Assembly (NCBI GenBank): GCA_051294375.1
Contig: CM119267.1
Location: forward strand, 17,464,937-17,528,794
DNA from: Paraspadella gotoi
Taxonomy: Eukaryota; Animalia; Chaetognatha
Reading direction: 5' to 3'
DNA: 63,858 bases
The position numbers and the translations under genes were made by a program. A model generated the notes under the pieces. The model saw nothing but the letters and a program-made list of their open reading frames with translations, ran no database searches and was not told the origin of the DNA. This document shows, piece after piece, positions 45,321-59,105 of the stretch (positions are counted from its first letter, which is position 1; the number at the start of each line of letters is the position of its first letter).

Positions 45321-48249
45321 AGAAAAAAAGCAAAAAACCTGTTTTTAGCTTAATTTGATTATGCTTCTTTTTGCCTTTAAAATTAAATGTCAATGCAGGA
45401 TGTATTAATAAATCAATAATTAATACAATTAATTATTCAATTAGTCAATTTAAATTAATCAATATTTACAGTAATCAGTCAATGCAATGGCAAGTCAATT
45501 TTATCGTACTTTATTCTCATCGTCTCATTGCTTTTATGTGGTTAGTGACCGAAAAGACCTAAAAACAAACATTTGGGAATGCAAATTAATTAATTAATTA
45601 GGCAATTAATTAATTAATTAACTTGGAAATTATTTAATTATTAATGAATTAATTACAGATAATGATCGTGGGCTGATTCCGACATTGTTTTGCTCAAACT
45701 TAGCTTTTCATACTTCCGATCAGTCGATTTTCGGGCACTATTCTGCTATTCGCCGGTACCGTTTTTTCATTGTTATTGCCATTATCCTAGCCCAACGTTT
45801 TGGCAAAATGTTTCTAAAAAATTGGTCATGTTTAATCATACCTACAATTGTTACCGTCTTTTAACTATTCAATTAACACGAAGTGTTAATTTTATTATAT
45901 CGTCAAATTAATTTTGAAATCAGTAGTTTTTACGATAAAATGCAATTTTAGATAAGACTCATGCCCTAAGCATATTTTTTACCAATACGAGCAGACAACC
46001 AGATGATAACAGTCATTGTAACTATCCTTTACAATATATCATCAATATTACAACGATAATTAGATATAAAACCAAAAATATTATAATTATAAGTGAGCTT
46101 GCAGATCAGACGGAAGCGAAAGTGCCAACAACAGTTTCATTTCCTTTCCCTCTCCTCTCTCTCTGCTCGTCTCTCTCTCTCTCTCTCTCTTTTTTTTTTT
46201 CTCTGTCTCTCTTTCTTCTGTCTCTCTTCTCCCCATCTTTAACCTGTCGTCCACAATTTCACCATTGTCCTGTCTCACGTCTTTGTTGGCAACTTCTCCT
46301 CCTTCTAATCTCTCTCTCTGCTTCGTGCAATGTTATGAAGGCGTCGTACTGCCAGAGGTAAAACATGTCGCTTAATTGAAACTCTGTTGTTGCTAAAAAG
46401 ACTTCATCTTTATCTCACTCAGAATAATCCTTCTGACTAATAAAAAAATTTCGTGTTATTTCTTATAATATTTCCTTGTGATTTGAGCGAGTTCACTGGC
46501 AGTAGCTTATATCTCACTTTACAAACTCAAAACCGGGAGGATAACCGGAGGGATACCCTTATAAACAAGACCATATTATCAACTAATAAACATGTGCAAT
46601 TGTTCCGGTCGGGATAACCGCAATAAACGGGACAACTGAAAGTTTCGATGGATTTCCTTGAAAATCGTAGTTATTTCTTATTTATATTCTCTAGAAGATC
46701 CTTTTTTGAAGATGCTTCATCGGGAAAAATCATTTCTGCTTATGTAAACAGAATCGGAAGAAAATGGAATTAGATACCAAGACTCTCAAAACCTAATCCT
46801 AGTTGTTAAATATAAGTAAATATATCTGGTCTGATTTAAACATCCTAAACGACCCTCTCAACAGACAAAAAAGTCCATAATGTTAAATTAGAGAAAACAA
46901 AGTTTTTAAGCAAATTTTTTTTAATAAAATTGCTTGCTTTTCAAATTAATTTGATGTGAATCTAAACAATTATACCTTATTTTTAAAGGAGGAAATGATA
47001 TGTCTCTTAAATCGATATATAATAGAAAAATTTTCTTAATTGTAGTGATAGCATGGCATAGGATAAACTTGGTCGCGTTGTTCATCTCAAAATAGAAAAA
47101 ATACTGGTGAATTAGCCCAGAAAAGTAAGATAAGTAATTTTTTTACATTTTGTTTTCGCGTTTGACCGTCTGAGACCAAGTAGGATTGGGACATTTAATA
47201 ATATTTCTAATATGAGATGGTTACATCCAGGTATTTTTCTGAGGTCTTGAATTCACGCGGTGCCCCCCCCCCCCGACGTGACCTTCGGAGTTTAAGAACG
47301 GCTCACGGAAAAATCACGAACTATAGAACGCTCGAGGCGTCGATGTCAAAAAAACGGGGTTGAGGATGAATATCTTAATTTTTTTAAAGATTAAATTTTA
47401 AAAAAACGTAAGTTTTTGTTCGTCGATCAATTTACGTTTTTCGTCGTTCTCGGTAAAAAATCGGAGAGAGAGAGTGCGCTTGAGAAGAAAGAAAGAGGAG
47501 AGAGAGAGAGAGAGGAGAGAAGAGAGAGAGAGAGAGGAGAGAAGAGGTGAGGAGAGAGAGAGAGACGAGAGAGAGAGAGAGAGAGAGAGAAGAAGGAAGA
47601 GAGAGAGAGAGAGAGGAGAGAAGAGAAGAGAGAGAGCAGAGGAAAGGGAGGAGGAGAGGAAGAGGAGAGAGAGAGAGAGAGATGAGAGGAAAGAGAACGG
47701 ACGAGACGAGAGAGGAGAGGATGAAGGAGGAGAGGAAAGACGCAGAGAGGAGAAGAGAACCGAGAGAGAGAGAGAGAGAATCTTAGTTTAAATTTAAAAG
47801 TAATACAATAAAAAGCGGGGAGACGTGGAGAACAAACGCAGAATTTTCAGAGAACGAAAAAAAAAGTTTTATACAATGATGCTATTAAAGATGACATTTT
47901 TAAAGTGTATCAACTATAAAATTCCCAGAAAACTTTTCCTTTATCATTAATGTTAAGGTGAAATGTGAAAAAAAAGCACCGGTAATTTTAAAATGATTAA
48001 TGACGAGGAATAAATCCATAAATATTTTCTGAAACGGTCGATAAATATTAAGACAAAAGAAAAAAAAATGTTTCGTTTTTTTATTTTGTTGTTTTATTGT
48101 TTTTAATTTGGGAAAAATCTCGAGTTTAGGTTTAACTGGTTCCATTAGAAAGATCTGGTTTTGCAAGATGAGAAGAGAGAGAGAGAGAGAAGAGAAGAGA
48201 TTTCATTCATTCATTTGATTCATTCGATTTCATTCATTCATTGATTCAA

Positions 48250-49162
48250 ACCTATCGTTGAGTTGAGAAAACTCTCACCACATCGCCAACGGAACTGCTC
48301 ATCGAGTAAAACATCGCGTAATTGCAAGGTGATGTGGGGGTAATGAAGATGAGTTCTTTAAAAAAATTGAAACTATAAAAATAAATAAAAAACTATTTAG
48401 AATATAAAATTAATAATCAAATCTTTCATCTTTTCCTTAATTTTCACACTCATCTTTTCTTATTCTGGATGAATATGTCGAATAAAATGGTGATTATTTG
48501 CTATTATCAAAATTGAAAGTGTGTGGATGTGTAGGGAGATTTAAAAAACTTGAGAACGAAAAGTAAATCTAGAATATAAATATTTTTTTCTTCCATGAGA
48601 AATCCCGGGGTAGATGGTTGAATTAGGGGTAAACACCTTATGAAAGAAGAAGAGGAGGAGGAAGAGGAGGAAAAGGAGGAGAGGAGGAGGAGAAAAAATG
48701 GTGGAAAGCGGTTGAAAGTTTAGAAAAATATACCGTCAACACAACATCGAGTTATAACTCTAAACAGAAATTATAATATTGTTATAATTAAACTTATAAT
48801 ATTTAATAACTTATATATTCTCGTCGAAACCAAGATCTTAAAACGACTACGAAACCATTGCACAGCTGAGACGCGACCACTTCTACAGAATCGGCAAACC
48901 GCATCATCCAGACACGGGAGCCACTTTATGGTTACCACACCCGAGCAACTATTAAGAACTCTCCTCAGTTAACAGGATCACTTCATCTTTACCCGCCATC
49001 GGTCTTTTTTTCTCATTTTCGCTCCCGCTCGTTTTTCACTCCCAAGTCTTCTAGCTGCTTGTTATCTATTTTGTATTTCTTGGCTCATAATCGGCCAGCT
49101 CGGAACCTCGATTCCATCAGGTTTAGTATCTCAATCTCTTTTCTCTCTCTCTCTCTCTCTCT

Positions 49163-49220
<58 letters not shown>

Positions 49221-52200
49221 TTCGGGATCCATTTTTTATTCCCGAAACGTCGCAGAGTGACGTGATATTGGAGAAGCATTTATTAGCGGCGAAATTATGG
49301 AAGATACAATCAAGGATTTATTTCTATATACAACATTTTTAGGATCATTTCTCTCATTTAGAATGAAAGCCACAGGTTTGATCCTAAAGAGTCTTTTTTT
49401 ATATTTCATTTTATTTCTAATATTGGGAGCAGTTTTTCTTAAAAATTATTGAACAAAAACCCCAAGCAAATTTTTTTATACAATCATCTCCAAAATATCC
49501 ATTAAGTTAATTCGATATAAATTTGACGTAAATTTCATTTTCTAGCTTAAAAAATGCTTGAAAATTTATAGTAATTTAAACGAGGCCTTACATTTAAGGG
49601 TTTATCTCCGTCCGGGTAATAATATTCATACTGAAAAAGAAAATCCATCATCTTAAATCAAGACGCGTCCGTCGAAAAGCTCAGAAAAGGTCGAAGTTGT
49701 CTCCCTTTGGCCTTGAGACTTCCAATTCGCTGCCTTCACTCTGATCAAAAAATTTGATTTTTATGCTTTTAACGAGAGTTCGTCGTCAATCATCATCATC
49801 ATGATCGTCGTCGTCATCATCAACTTGTCATCGTCGTTCGTCGTCGTCGTCGTTCGTGTCGTCGTTCGTATCAACATTTCTGTCATCATCGTCGTTTCTG
49901 TCGTCGTCGATACATCATCATCATCACAACAACAATTCAAACATAACAAACCACAACAATCACAACAAGGGAGCCTCTGAGGACCTTAGACTGTTTTTTG
50001 AAAACCCGATAACTAATGAAGCAAGGGACGTTTTCACAGGAGGCTACTGGGCCAGTTTCGCGGGATGGGTGATTTTGTGGTTCTAAAAACATGATTAAAT
50101 GAGTTTCATGTTCAAACGCTGTAACTTAGATAGATTTTTATCTTTGCTTTGCACAACAAAAAAAATAAAAGTTTTAATTAACGCAAAAAATCCCTTTTAC
50201 CGCCCAAAAATAAAACCACTCAGCTTAAATATCATTTTAGTAACGGTCCCTTAAGCAAACGAGATCTAAGATCTACGATTTGACCTATCGACGGCAACAG
50301 CAACCACCAAGTACAACTCCATCAACCAGACTTCCTCACCTAAAGATCAAGATGCTTTAGATGTCGCTTTGAGGAAGGCAAAGGACTGCGCCGTTGACCC
50401 CAGCATCCAATTGCGAGAAGACACACGTCTTCGGCCGAATTTCGTGGGCAGCGATTCCGAAAACACGTTGCCGAAGAACACGGCTGAGGGAGAGGCGGGT
50501 GACGAGGGTGCGGGGAGCGGAGTGAAAAGGGAGATCTGTATAAGGAGATGGGGGAAAAGGAGCAGTTAAACAGAACGTAATCAAATGTGTTGCCGCGCAG
50601 TGACATTCTTATTCATATCGTTTTTGTGACATGACATGACATTATATGACGTAAAAATGATATGACGTGACTGACTACATGACAAACAATAACTTTCTTA
50701 GCGTGTATTGTAGCGACACGCGCTATGCATCAGAATTCCGTCTTTTGTTTTAATAGTTTTAGGATTTAAGATTTTAGGATTTTATGGATCTTAACAAATG
50801 AGCATCGAGCACCAACTATATGCAAGTTTATGAGCATTTTAATTAAAGTGGAATAGCGACGCGACCGACCCGACCGAAAAGTGACTTTTACAGTTGTTCC
50901 CGAGTACTCGCGTGCAACTAAAACGATTTTAGTTTGCCGTCAGCAAACAGTTGACTGAAACTTTTCGCTTTTGTTTAGATTGTTTTTGGTAAAATTGAGC
51001 GTCTCCATTTTGGTTCAGGACGCATCGACGCGTTTATCCTCATTCGCTTTCGATATAAAGAAAACAAATGATCGAGAAGAAACATGATGACGAATCGTGA
51101 CGGGGAAGAAGGGGAACTGGGTTGTGAGGACAAAAGCGAGATAAAAGGAAATTGCTTCTTGTTAAATAACTAGAAATTAAATAAAAACTGCTTTCTATAA
51201 CTAAAATGAAAAAAAATAACTCCCATTGCATAATAAAAAAAAATTAGAGCATTGGATAACAGTAAAAATAAAAAAAATAAAGTATCGCATCGAGCTTCTA
51301 CCAAAGAACGATCTATCTTAGGCCCCAATCCAAATATCCCCGGCGATTTTCTGTTCGGGAGGGGGGGGGAAGGGGGAGTCAAATATATATCCAGCGCGAC
51401 GGAAGGGACAACGAGGAAAGCGACTTTAATAAAGAGATGAGAGAAGAAAACGTAAATGAAAAGACGCGCGGAAAAAAAATGGTTAATAAATGGAAGGGTT
51501 TGTTTCTCCGTCTCGATTTATGAACGGAAGGGGGGCGAAAGCGCGGGAAAAGATGCCCGGGGGGTGAGGGAGGAATGAGAAAGGAGAGAAGACAGATTGC
51601 TTATACTTTTTTTTTTGGAAGGGGTACTTAGAGGAAAGGAAGTGAAAGGGAGAAAAGGGAAGAAAGAGAGAAAAGAAGGAAAAGAAAAGGGCTGGAAAGA
51701 GATTACCGAAGATTACAGAATTGAATTTAATTTTTCAACCGAATTTTCGCATGAATTTTTTAAGAACGGGATAAAAAACATACATTCGATAAATCGGGCA
51801 TGTAGATTGTAGTAGGGCTATAGCAAAGTTCACCCCGCCTGTATAAGCAGACCACCTTCAGTCTGACCCGGGGCTCATTGAGTAAAGCGATCAGCTCATG
51901 ACCACTAGTACCGGGTTCAATCCCACCTGGTACTTACCCTGCGGGAAGTGGTGACGCGCCGTAACCGCCGGGGCGTGACCTGCGGTTTCAGCCCAGGACC
52001 CTTCCATTGTTGTTAGAGGGGGTTATAAGAAGTTACGGATAGTCATCTTCAGACCCACTTTCGCGCCTTATCCAAGATCTCTTTGAAAAAACTCAACGAA
52101 CTGGCCTCAGTCAGACGAAAGACAATAATAATAGAAGCGCGTGAAGACAGCGTTTAGCGAAGAACGTAAACTCGTTGAGCGAGACCCTCGCAGTCACGCG

Positions 52201-54460
52201 AAAAGGAGTGAGCAAATGTTTAGTCTCGGTGCTTTTTTCCCATCACGATGACATTTTTTTGGGACGATTGCATGCTGTTGTTTTGTTGGATATCAAAATG
52301 ACGTTGTTTATAGATCGCGAAGCGAGGAATCCGCGATTATAGATTCTTGTTTGCAGAGCCGGCAAAATAGGAGGACGAGTCGGCGCTCTGGAGGCGGGGC
52401 GTTTTTTTGATCGTCCGCTGTCTGTCTTTTTAATCTGATTTAAAAAACCGATGATTACGTAAAAAAAGATTAGCTGTGGAAGAATGTTAAAAACTAACGC
52501 ATGGTTCGACAATTGCTCTGGCGCGTTGTTAAGGGATTGGCAATGACCGACCTACCAATGGTTCCCATTTCTTTGATTGCTTTCTCCCTGGCGTCGAAAA
52601 TCACGACTCAAGCCATAAAAAATGCTGGCGCGTGAGGCGTTTAAATCACTTCTCGAGCGAAGAAAACCGAATTCGAGGGGAAAGTTTTATTTGGTTAAAA
52701 TAAAAAAAGAAAAGAGAAAGAGTTGAATTGAATTCGTGAGAAAAGGGTGAAACAAAGAAAAAGGGCTTGTCAGGGAAAAGCCAGGTCGCGGATAGTAAAG
52801 AGAAAGTATCCAAGGAACACGCTTTTTCGATTACGCTATCAAACACTAGTCAACTACGCGACTTGATTTTCCCCCACTGGTCCAAGGTTCTTCTCGTTCC
52901 AGTGGCCTCACATCACGTTCGCCCTCCAGAGTTATCATTTGCGTCACTTCTGGCGTCGAATGGTTCGTGATTTCTGAGTGCTCTGCCCTTTTTTTTGACT
53001 TCGTCCGACCTTTGACCTTTCTGACTTCGTCTGACTCTTTTTGACCTCACCTTTTCAGTCCCCACCCTCCTTTTTCTTCTCGTCGCTCAGTCTCCATAAA
53101 CAGAGTCGCATTCCCGAATCTTTCAGAAATCCGAGGCTATATGTATATATAACATAGTGTATTTCCGGCGTTATAAATTTTATTTTTTCTCCTACATAAA
53201 TCATCGGACATTTTTGGTTAAGGTATAAAGTCCGATAAAAAATTGGAGAGTGAAGAAACTAACAAACATCCAATTCAATAAAAGTCAAGCAATATATATC
53301 GTACCGACAATAGAACCAAAAAATAAATACAAAAAACAAAGGAAACAAGCGCAAAGGAAAAAAAAAGGTATAAGAAGATAGTTTAATTAAATGAAAGATT
53401 CATTCACCAAGCGACATGAGAGAATTGATGAGCATCGTTGATGTATTCGCGTGCAAACGAGATCGAAGTCGATGAACCAGAGTCTGATTCTTCTCGTGAC
53501 AACGCCGTAGCTCCACTCTCGCATTGCCTCCATCCGATCGATTTGGTTCTTCAGGTGTGCATTTCGCGGTGGAGTTGGCGATCCGCGCTTGATGGGAGGG
53601 GGGGAGGTTGAGTGGCCGAGGGGTGGAATGGGAAAGAGTGTTAAGTTTTTGTTTTTTGTTTTTTGTTTTTTTTTTTGCGATCAGGTCATCGAGAGTTTTT
53701 GCTCTCTTGTCTTTGTCTCCGTTCTCTCTTCTCTCCCACCCTATCTCTTTCCTCTATCCTCTCTATCTCTCTCTCTCTCTTCTCTCTTCTCTCTCTCTCT
53801 CTTCTCTCTCTCTGCTCTCTCTCTCTTCTCTCCCCTTCCCTCCCCTTCTCTCTCGTCTTCACCTCGGATTCTGCCATTCAACGGCCTTTCGGCCTTCCAG
53901 CCGAAAACGCGCCGGTATCACGTGCATCGCGGACAGATCAAACAAAAGCACTGGGAGGAAAAAAAAGAAACACATGACGGATCAACGAAAAGCACCTGGC
54001 AGCGAAACATTAATTAATCAAGTGACGACCGTCGCGAAAACCCGCTGGCAGAGAAAGATAAATTTAATACTATAATATTCGTCAACGAATATGTATTTGT
54101 GTTAATGCGCCGGAACGGAAGTGGAAAGTATTTTAAAAATCGCGCGAAAAAATGAAAGGAATGGGACTGATATATGGACGATTTAATAATTAGATAAGAA
54201 GGGAAAGGAGTGAGAGGAGAGGAAGAGAAGAGAGAAGAGAGAGAGAGAGAGAGATGAGAGACGAGAAGAAGAGAGAGAGAGAAGAAAAAAATTGATAGAT
54301 AAGATAGGATAGGATAGATAGAATAGATAGGACTAGATCGAGTAGCATGTGATAGGAATATTAATCTTATCATCACTAAATTAAAGACAATACAATTACA
54401 AATCCACTCAATGAGAAATATGGCGATTGCGGATTACCATCCTCCGCCGGTCTCCTTATT
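48250..54460 (-). pseudogene. Frameshifted copies of four SLC22 exons inside the duplicated block
   Basis: Copies near 48250-48325, 50340-50485, 53408-53588 and 54410-54456 match exons 35335-35255, 37500-37356, 40655-40477 and 41506-41461, but with multiple frameshifting indels. More likely sequencing error than a true pseudogene. Confidence 0.45.
51808..52074 (+). mobile_element. Error-laden copy of the 38846-39129 solo LTR within the duplicated block
   Basis: Same flanks and same position as the 38846 copy, so not an independent insertion. Confidence 0.7.
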
Positions 54461-55290
54461 TGCATGAGGAAAGAATCCACAGTCATTTTTTGATTTTTTT
54501 TTAAACATCTTGGATGTTATTTTTTGTTGCCGATGGGCAACCAACGCTTCTTGGTTCAGATAAAGTTTCTTTTTTCGAATCCCGTGTCAACGGAATCGGC
54601 GAAGTTATTTGAAATTTTCACCGTTCTAAATTTTTATTTTATATTCACGTTTTATTTAGTAAAAAACAAACAAATATTACTTTACTTAATGAGTCGAATT
54701 TTTTGTCAGTTATAGCCATCTTTTTATTGGGTAAAAATAATTCAAATCGCCCCCCCCCAAAAAAAATAGTGTAGAAAATTTTGTTTTAGATGAAAAAAAT
54801 AGAGTATAAAATGGAAGAAAAAAATACCAAAGAATAGATTATTAAAAGTCAATATTAATTATGAAATATAAAAATGTAATGAAAATAAAATAAACAATTC
54901 GCAATTTTTTCAAGCCTTCAAAATATTTTGAATGCCGTTTACTCCCTCGACTTGTATTTTGTTTGTTAAGTTTACGTTTAAAAAACATTATATCTCATTT
55001 ACTTTTACTTAATAATTAGTTCTTGAGTCGTGGGATATCGCGAATGCCTTCCAAAAAGACTCATTATTTCCGGGTCGCGATCCCGCCGAGCTTAAAGAAA
55101 CCGCGAAGACGAGAAAGAATTTAATTTATCTCCGCGAAAATTTATAATTACAGATTTGGATTCTTGGTCCCGAGTCGACTGTCCTTGTTCCGTCCTGACT
55201 CTCGTCTCTCTTCTCTTCTTCTTCTCCTCTCTCTCTTTCTTTCCTTTCTTTCTTTCTTTCTTTCTTTTTTCTTTTCTTTCTTCTTTCTTT

Positions 55291-55322
<32 letters not shown>

Positions 55323-56914
55323 TTCTTTCTTTCTTTTTCTTTCTTTCTTTCTTTCTTTCTCTTTTTGCTCTCTCCCCTTTAATGGTACGACTCCGGAAGT
55401 TATATTTTCTATAACATAATATATATAATAATTATAGCAATAGTATAATTCATTATTCAAGATGTAAAATCAATGGCATTATCCTTTATTATCCATTATC
55501 TTCTGTTTTTATTTTTTTAGTAAAATCATTGCATTAAAAATATTTGTCGCTGCCAAAGCTTTCATAGGTTTTGATTTTATACGTAGCACGGAGAAAAAAG
55601 CGATAACATTCATATTTTTTTTAAAATCGGGTTTTATTCAATGACAGATTTGTTTAAATTGAAAAGAAAAAAATATCGTCAATATTATTTTTTCTTAAAA
55701 ATCTTCGAAATATTTAAATTTTTGTTATTATTGTAAATCTTTTGCGCTTGGGTTATTTTTTTTTTTCAGAGGTTTGAAGATGAAAGTTGAGATTTCCCGA
55801 CCTCGATGAAGTTGACTTTTCGACATATTTTTTCGCCGCTATCGCCGCCACACCTCCGCAGGGAGCGCAGCTCTCCGCCGCCGCTCCTCCGCCCCCGCCG
55901 TCCTCGCCCGCGCTCCTCCGCCGCCGCCTCCTCCGCCGGCCGCTCCTCCGCGCACATCTTCCACGAGGTCACCGTTATATGCTGCTTCGTTACCGTCGAT
56001 CTATCGATCTAGTTATTTTATTGTTTTGTCATTCTACGACGCGGATTGACATTCTGCGTACAAAGAAAATTAAGGGACGAAGGGGTGACCACGATGAAGA
56101 AACGAATGATGACGACGCTTCTGCGGAGATGACGACTACTGCGGTGGCGCTATTTTAAATTATTAAGATGTTCTGACGTAATGATTGGCTTGATTTAAAT
56201 TTATTGACGAAGAAATTTTCGATGACGATGACGAAAAGGAATGCATCAAGGTCGGACCGGGTTGAGCGGAACGAGTTTTGCTTTTCCATTACGCGAAACT
56301 ATTGTCATGTATTATTTTGTTAAATAATTCGCAGCAATTCCTTTTAGCTTACAGCATGTATCATATAGCTTCATACCGCGCGATAGATAGTATAGCGGGG
56401 ACTTTATTAATACCCCGAAAATTATGCACGTTTTTGGAATTGGAAAAGTTCAAATCCCAAAAATTACGAGGAAAAAAATGTCAGAAAGATTCTTTTTTAT
56501 TGAAAGGTAAGGCTAATCACTAATCAGTGAATTTCATCACTTTTCTTGAAAAAATCTTTTAAATCCAATTGTTTCTTTTGTTCTTCACTCTTTCATCCTT
56601 ACCCCCCGACGTGCCTTCGGAGTTTAAGAACGGCTCGGAAAAATCACGAACTATAGACGCTCGAGGCGTCGATGTCAAAAAAAACGGGGTTGAAGAGAAA
56701 TATCTTATTTTAAAGATTAAATTTTTAAAAAAAACGTAAGTTTTTGTTCGTCGATCAATTTACGTTTTCGTCGTCTCGGAAAAAATCGGAGGAGAGTGCG
56801 CTTGAAGGAAGAAAGAGGAGAGATGAGAAGGAGAGAGAGAGAGGAGAGAGAAGAGAGAAGAGAGGGGAGAGGAGAAGCAGAAGAGATGAGGAGAGCGAGA
56901 GAGAGCGAGAGGGG

Positions 56915-56972
<58 letters not shown>

Positions 56973-56985
56973 AGAGAGAGAGAGC

Positions 56986-57024
<39 letters not shown>

Positions 57025-57418
57025 AGAGAGAGAAGAGAAAGACGCAGAGAGAGAGAGAGAGAGAGAGAGAAGAATCTTAGTTAAATTAAAAGTAATACAA
57101 TAAAAAGCGGGAAGTGGAGAAAAACGCAGAATTTTCAGAGAACGAAAAATAAAAGTTTATACAATGTTGCTATTAAAGATGACATTTTTTAAAGTGTATC
57201 AAACTATAAATTCCCAGAAAACTTTTCCTTTACCATTAATGTTAATGAAATTGAAAAGCGTAAAATGTATAATAAAATATCCATAAATTTTTCAGAACGG
57301 TCGATAATATTAAGACAGAAATGTTTCGTTTTTATTTTGTGTTTTATTGTTTTTAATTTGGGAAAAATCTCGAGTTTAGGTGTTAACTGTTCCATTAGAA
57401 AGATCTGGTTTGCAAGAT

Positions 57419-57494
<76 letters not shown>

Positions 57495-58711
57495 AAAGAG
57501 AAGAGAGAGAGAACGGCAGTAAAGCTATTANNNNNNNNNNNNNNNNNNNNNNNNNAAAGTCAAAGGAGCAAAAAGCGGGTCGACAGGAATACGGAGACAG
57601 ACCTTGGGCAGAGGACCAGAAAATTAGCCTTTCGTCACTGGCGTACGAGACGTGGAGGGGGGCGAGCTTGGGGGGCCACGTGCCCCCCAGAAACGAGGGC
57701 CGAAAAAATTGTGGGGGCACATATCTTTTTTTGGGGGATTCAGAAAAAAAAATGAATGAATTAAAATTTGTAATATTATTTTTGGTTTGATTAAATGGTT
57801 ATTTTTAAATTGTTATTATGAAAATTGCAAAATTACTTGTTTCACTATCTTTATTTTTTTAGATTTAAAAATAACTATTATTAATGATTTTATTTATTTA
57901 TTAATATTTTGTGTTAAATATTTAAATATAATATTAATTATCTATGTTTGGGATTGGGCCGTGAGTGTTGTCTTCCGGAAATATTATTTTATTATAAGAG
58001 ATAGGAATTTTATTTAATAACTTATTTGAATTTTTCTGCTGCGTCTCAAATTTGTCTGATTTTTATTAACATTCTTTTTTTACCCCTCGTATTTAAATTT
58101 TGACCAAATGGTTTAGTTTTCTATTTATGGAAGGATTAAATTAGTGCTCAGGAAGTAAAATAAACCCCATATCACCTCACAATTTAGCCTTATAGGCATA
58201 TTTGTCAAGAATATTTTTTTTTCCATTATTTTTTTTGGTTTCTTTCACTTCTATTTTTTCTTTTCTTTTTCACTTTGGAATGTGACAATGGATAATTGGC
58301 TAGGGAGATAACATTTGTATTATTAAGTGAATATTTCATGAAATCTTTTGCCTATTTTTGGTAGAAATAATTTTATGCACTGCCGCTTTAATTTTTTTTT
58401 CTTTTAAAAATTTTTTTCTAAATTTTAACTGAAATTTTGAAAGATAATAAGATAAGATAATAAAAATAATATCTCTGGATTCTGGACATTTTCGGTTCCA
58501 TTAAAAAGAAAAAGTGAGAAAAAGAGCGTGAAAATGCGGAAAAAAAGAAAGAAAGTAAGGAAAAAGAAAACGATTGGGAGGAAACGGTAGAAAAATAAGA
58601 AGGCCACTTCTCCAGAGGTTTTTAGAATTTTGTAGATTTTTAAATTAAAAAAAAACCTTATCCCATTATTCCATTAACAAAGAAAAGCAAAACTGAATTT
58701 TTCTGCCTTTC

Positions 58712-58864
58712 TTTGTTTCTTTTTCTTTTTCTCTTTCCATAATTTTTCCGACTATATTTATTTGTTTATTTTTCTTTTTCTCTTTCCATAATTTTTCCGA
58801 CTATATTTATTTGTTTCTTTTTCTTTTTCTCTTTCCATAATTTTTCCAACTATATTTATTTGTT
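58712..58864 (+). repeat. 49-bp tandem repeat x3
   Basis: CTCTTTCCATAATTTTTCCRACTATATTTATTTGTT recurs at 58731, 58780 and 58829. Confidence 0.88.
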
Positions 58865-58916
58865 AATTTTTATATGTACAGTATAGAATAATATATATTT
58901 TATATATACTATTATT

Positions 58917-59105
58917 AAATTTAAAACAGTCATGAGAATATATTATTCTTTTTTATATTTTTTTTCTTGTCTTCATAACCTAGAAATTGTAAAAATACAA
59001 TGATTTATGGTAAGAAATTTCTAGGTTATGAAGACAAGAACAAAAATATTGGTTATACCAATTTCATAAAAAAGAATAATATCTTCTTATGACCGTTTTA
59101 AATTT
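58917..59105. mobile_element. AT-rich foldback / MITE-like inverted repeat
   Basis: Outer arms AAATTTAAAACAGTCATGAGAATATATTATTCTTTTTTAT / ATAAAAAAGAATAATATCTTCTTATGACCGTTTTAAATTT and perfect inner arms TTCTTGTCTTCATAACCTAGAAATT / AATTTCTAGGTTATGAAGACAAGAA. Confidence 0.6.

Larger units (their letters stand above)
48200..57430. repeat. Degraded duplicate of 35155-43680 (at 48200-56605) and 47268-48195 (at 56605-57430), probable assembly artefact
   Basis: Colinear copies of SLC22 exons, introns, the solo LTR and the Helentron-like element. Differences are dominated by scattered 1-2 nt indels in exons and introns alike. The left junction falls in a (GA)n/(TTCA)n microsatellite and the right end runs into an N-gap. 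Confidence 0.9.

Noticed and set aside
48250-54460. Second functional SLC22 paralogue
   Set aside because: Every exon copy is frameshifted, the 3' exons are absent, and the pattern fits read error.
57602-57670. Candidate SLC22 TM1 exon (..DERLIFWSSAQG|gtctgt, phase-compatible with exon 41506)
   Set aside because: Weak family resemblance, and it abuts a GC-rich CACTGGCG...GGGGGGCCACGTGCCCCCC segment that looks like a transposon end; left out of the model pending cDNA.
58712-58864. CRISPR-like array
   Set aside because: Head-to-tail repeats without unique spacers, in a eukaryotic context with no cas genes.
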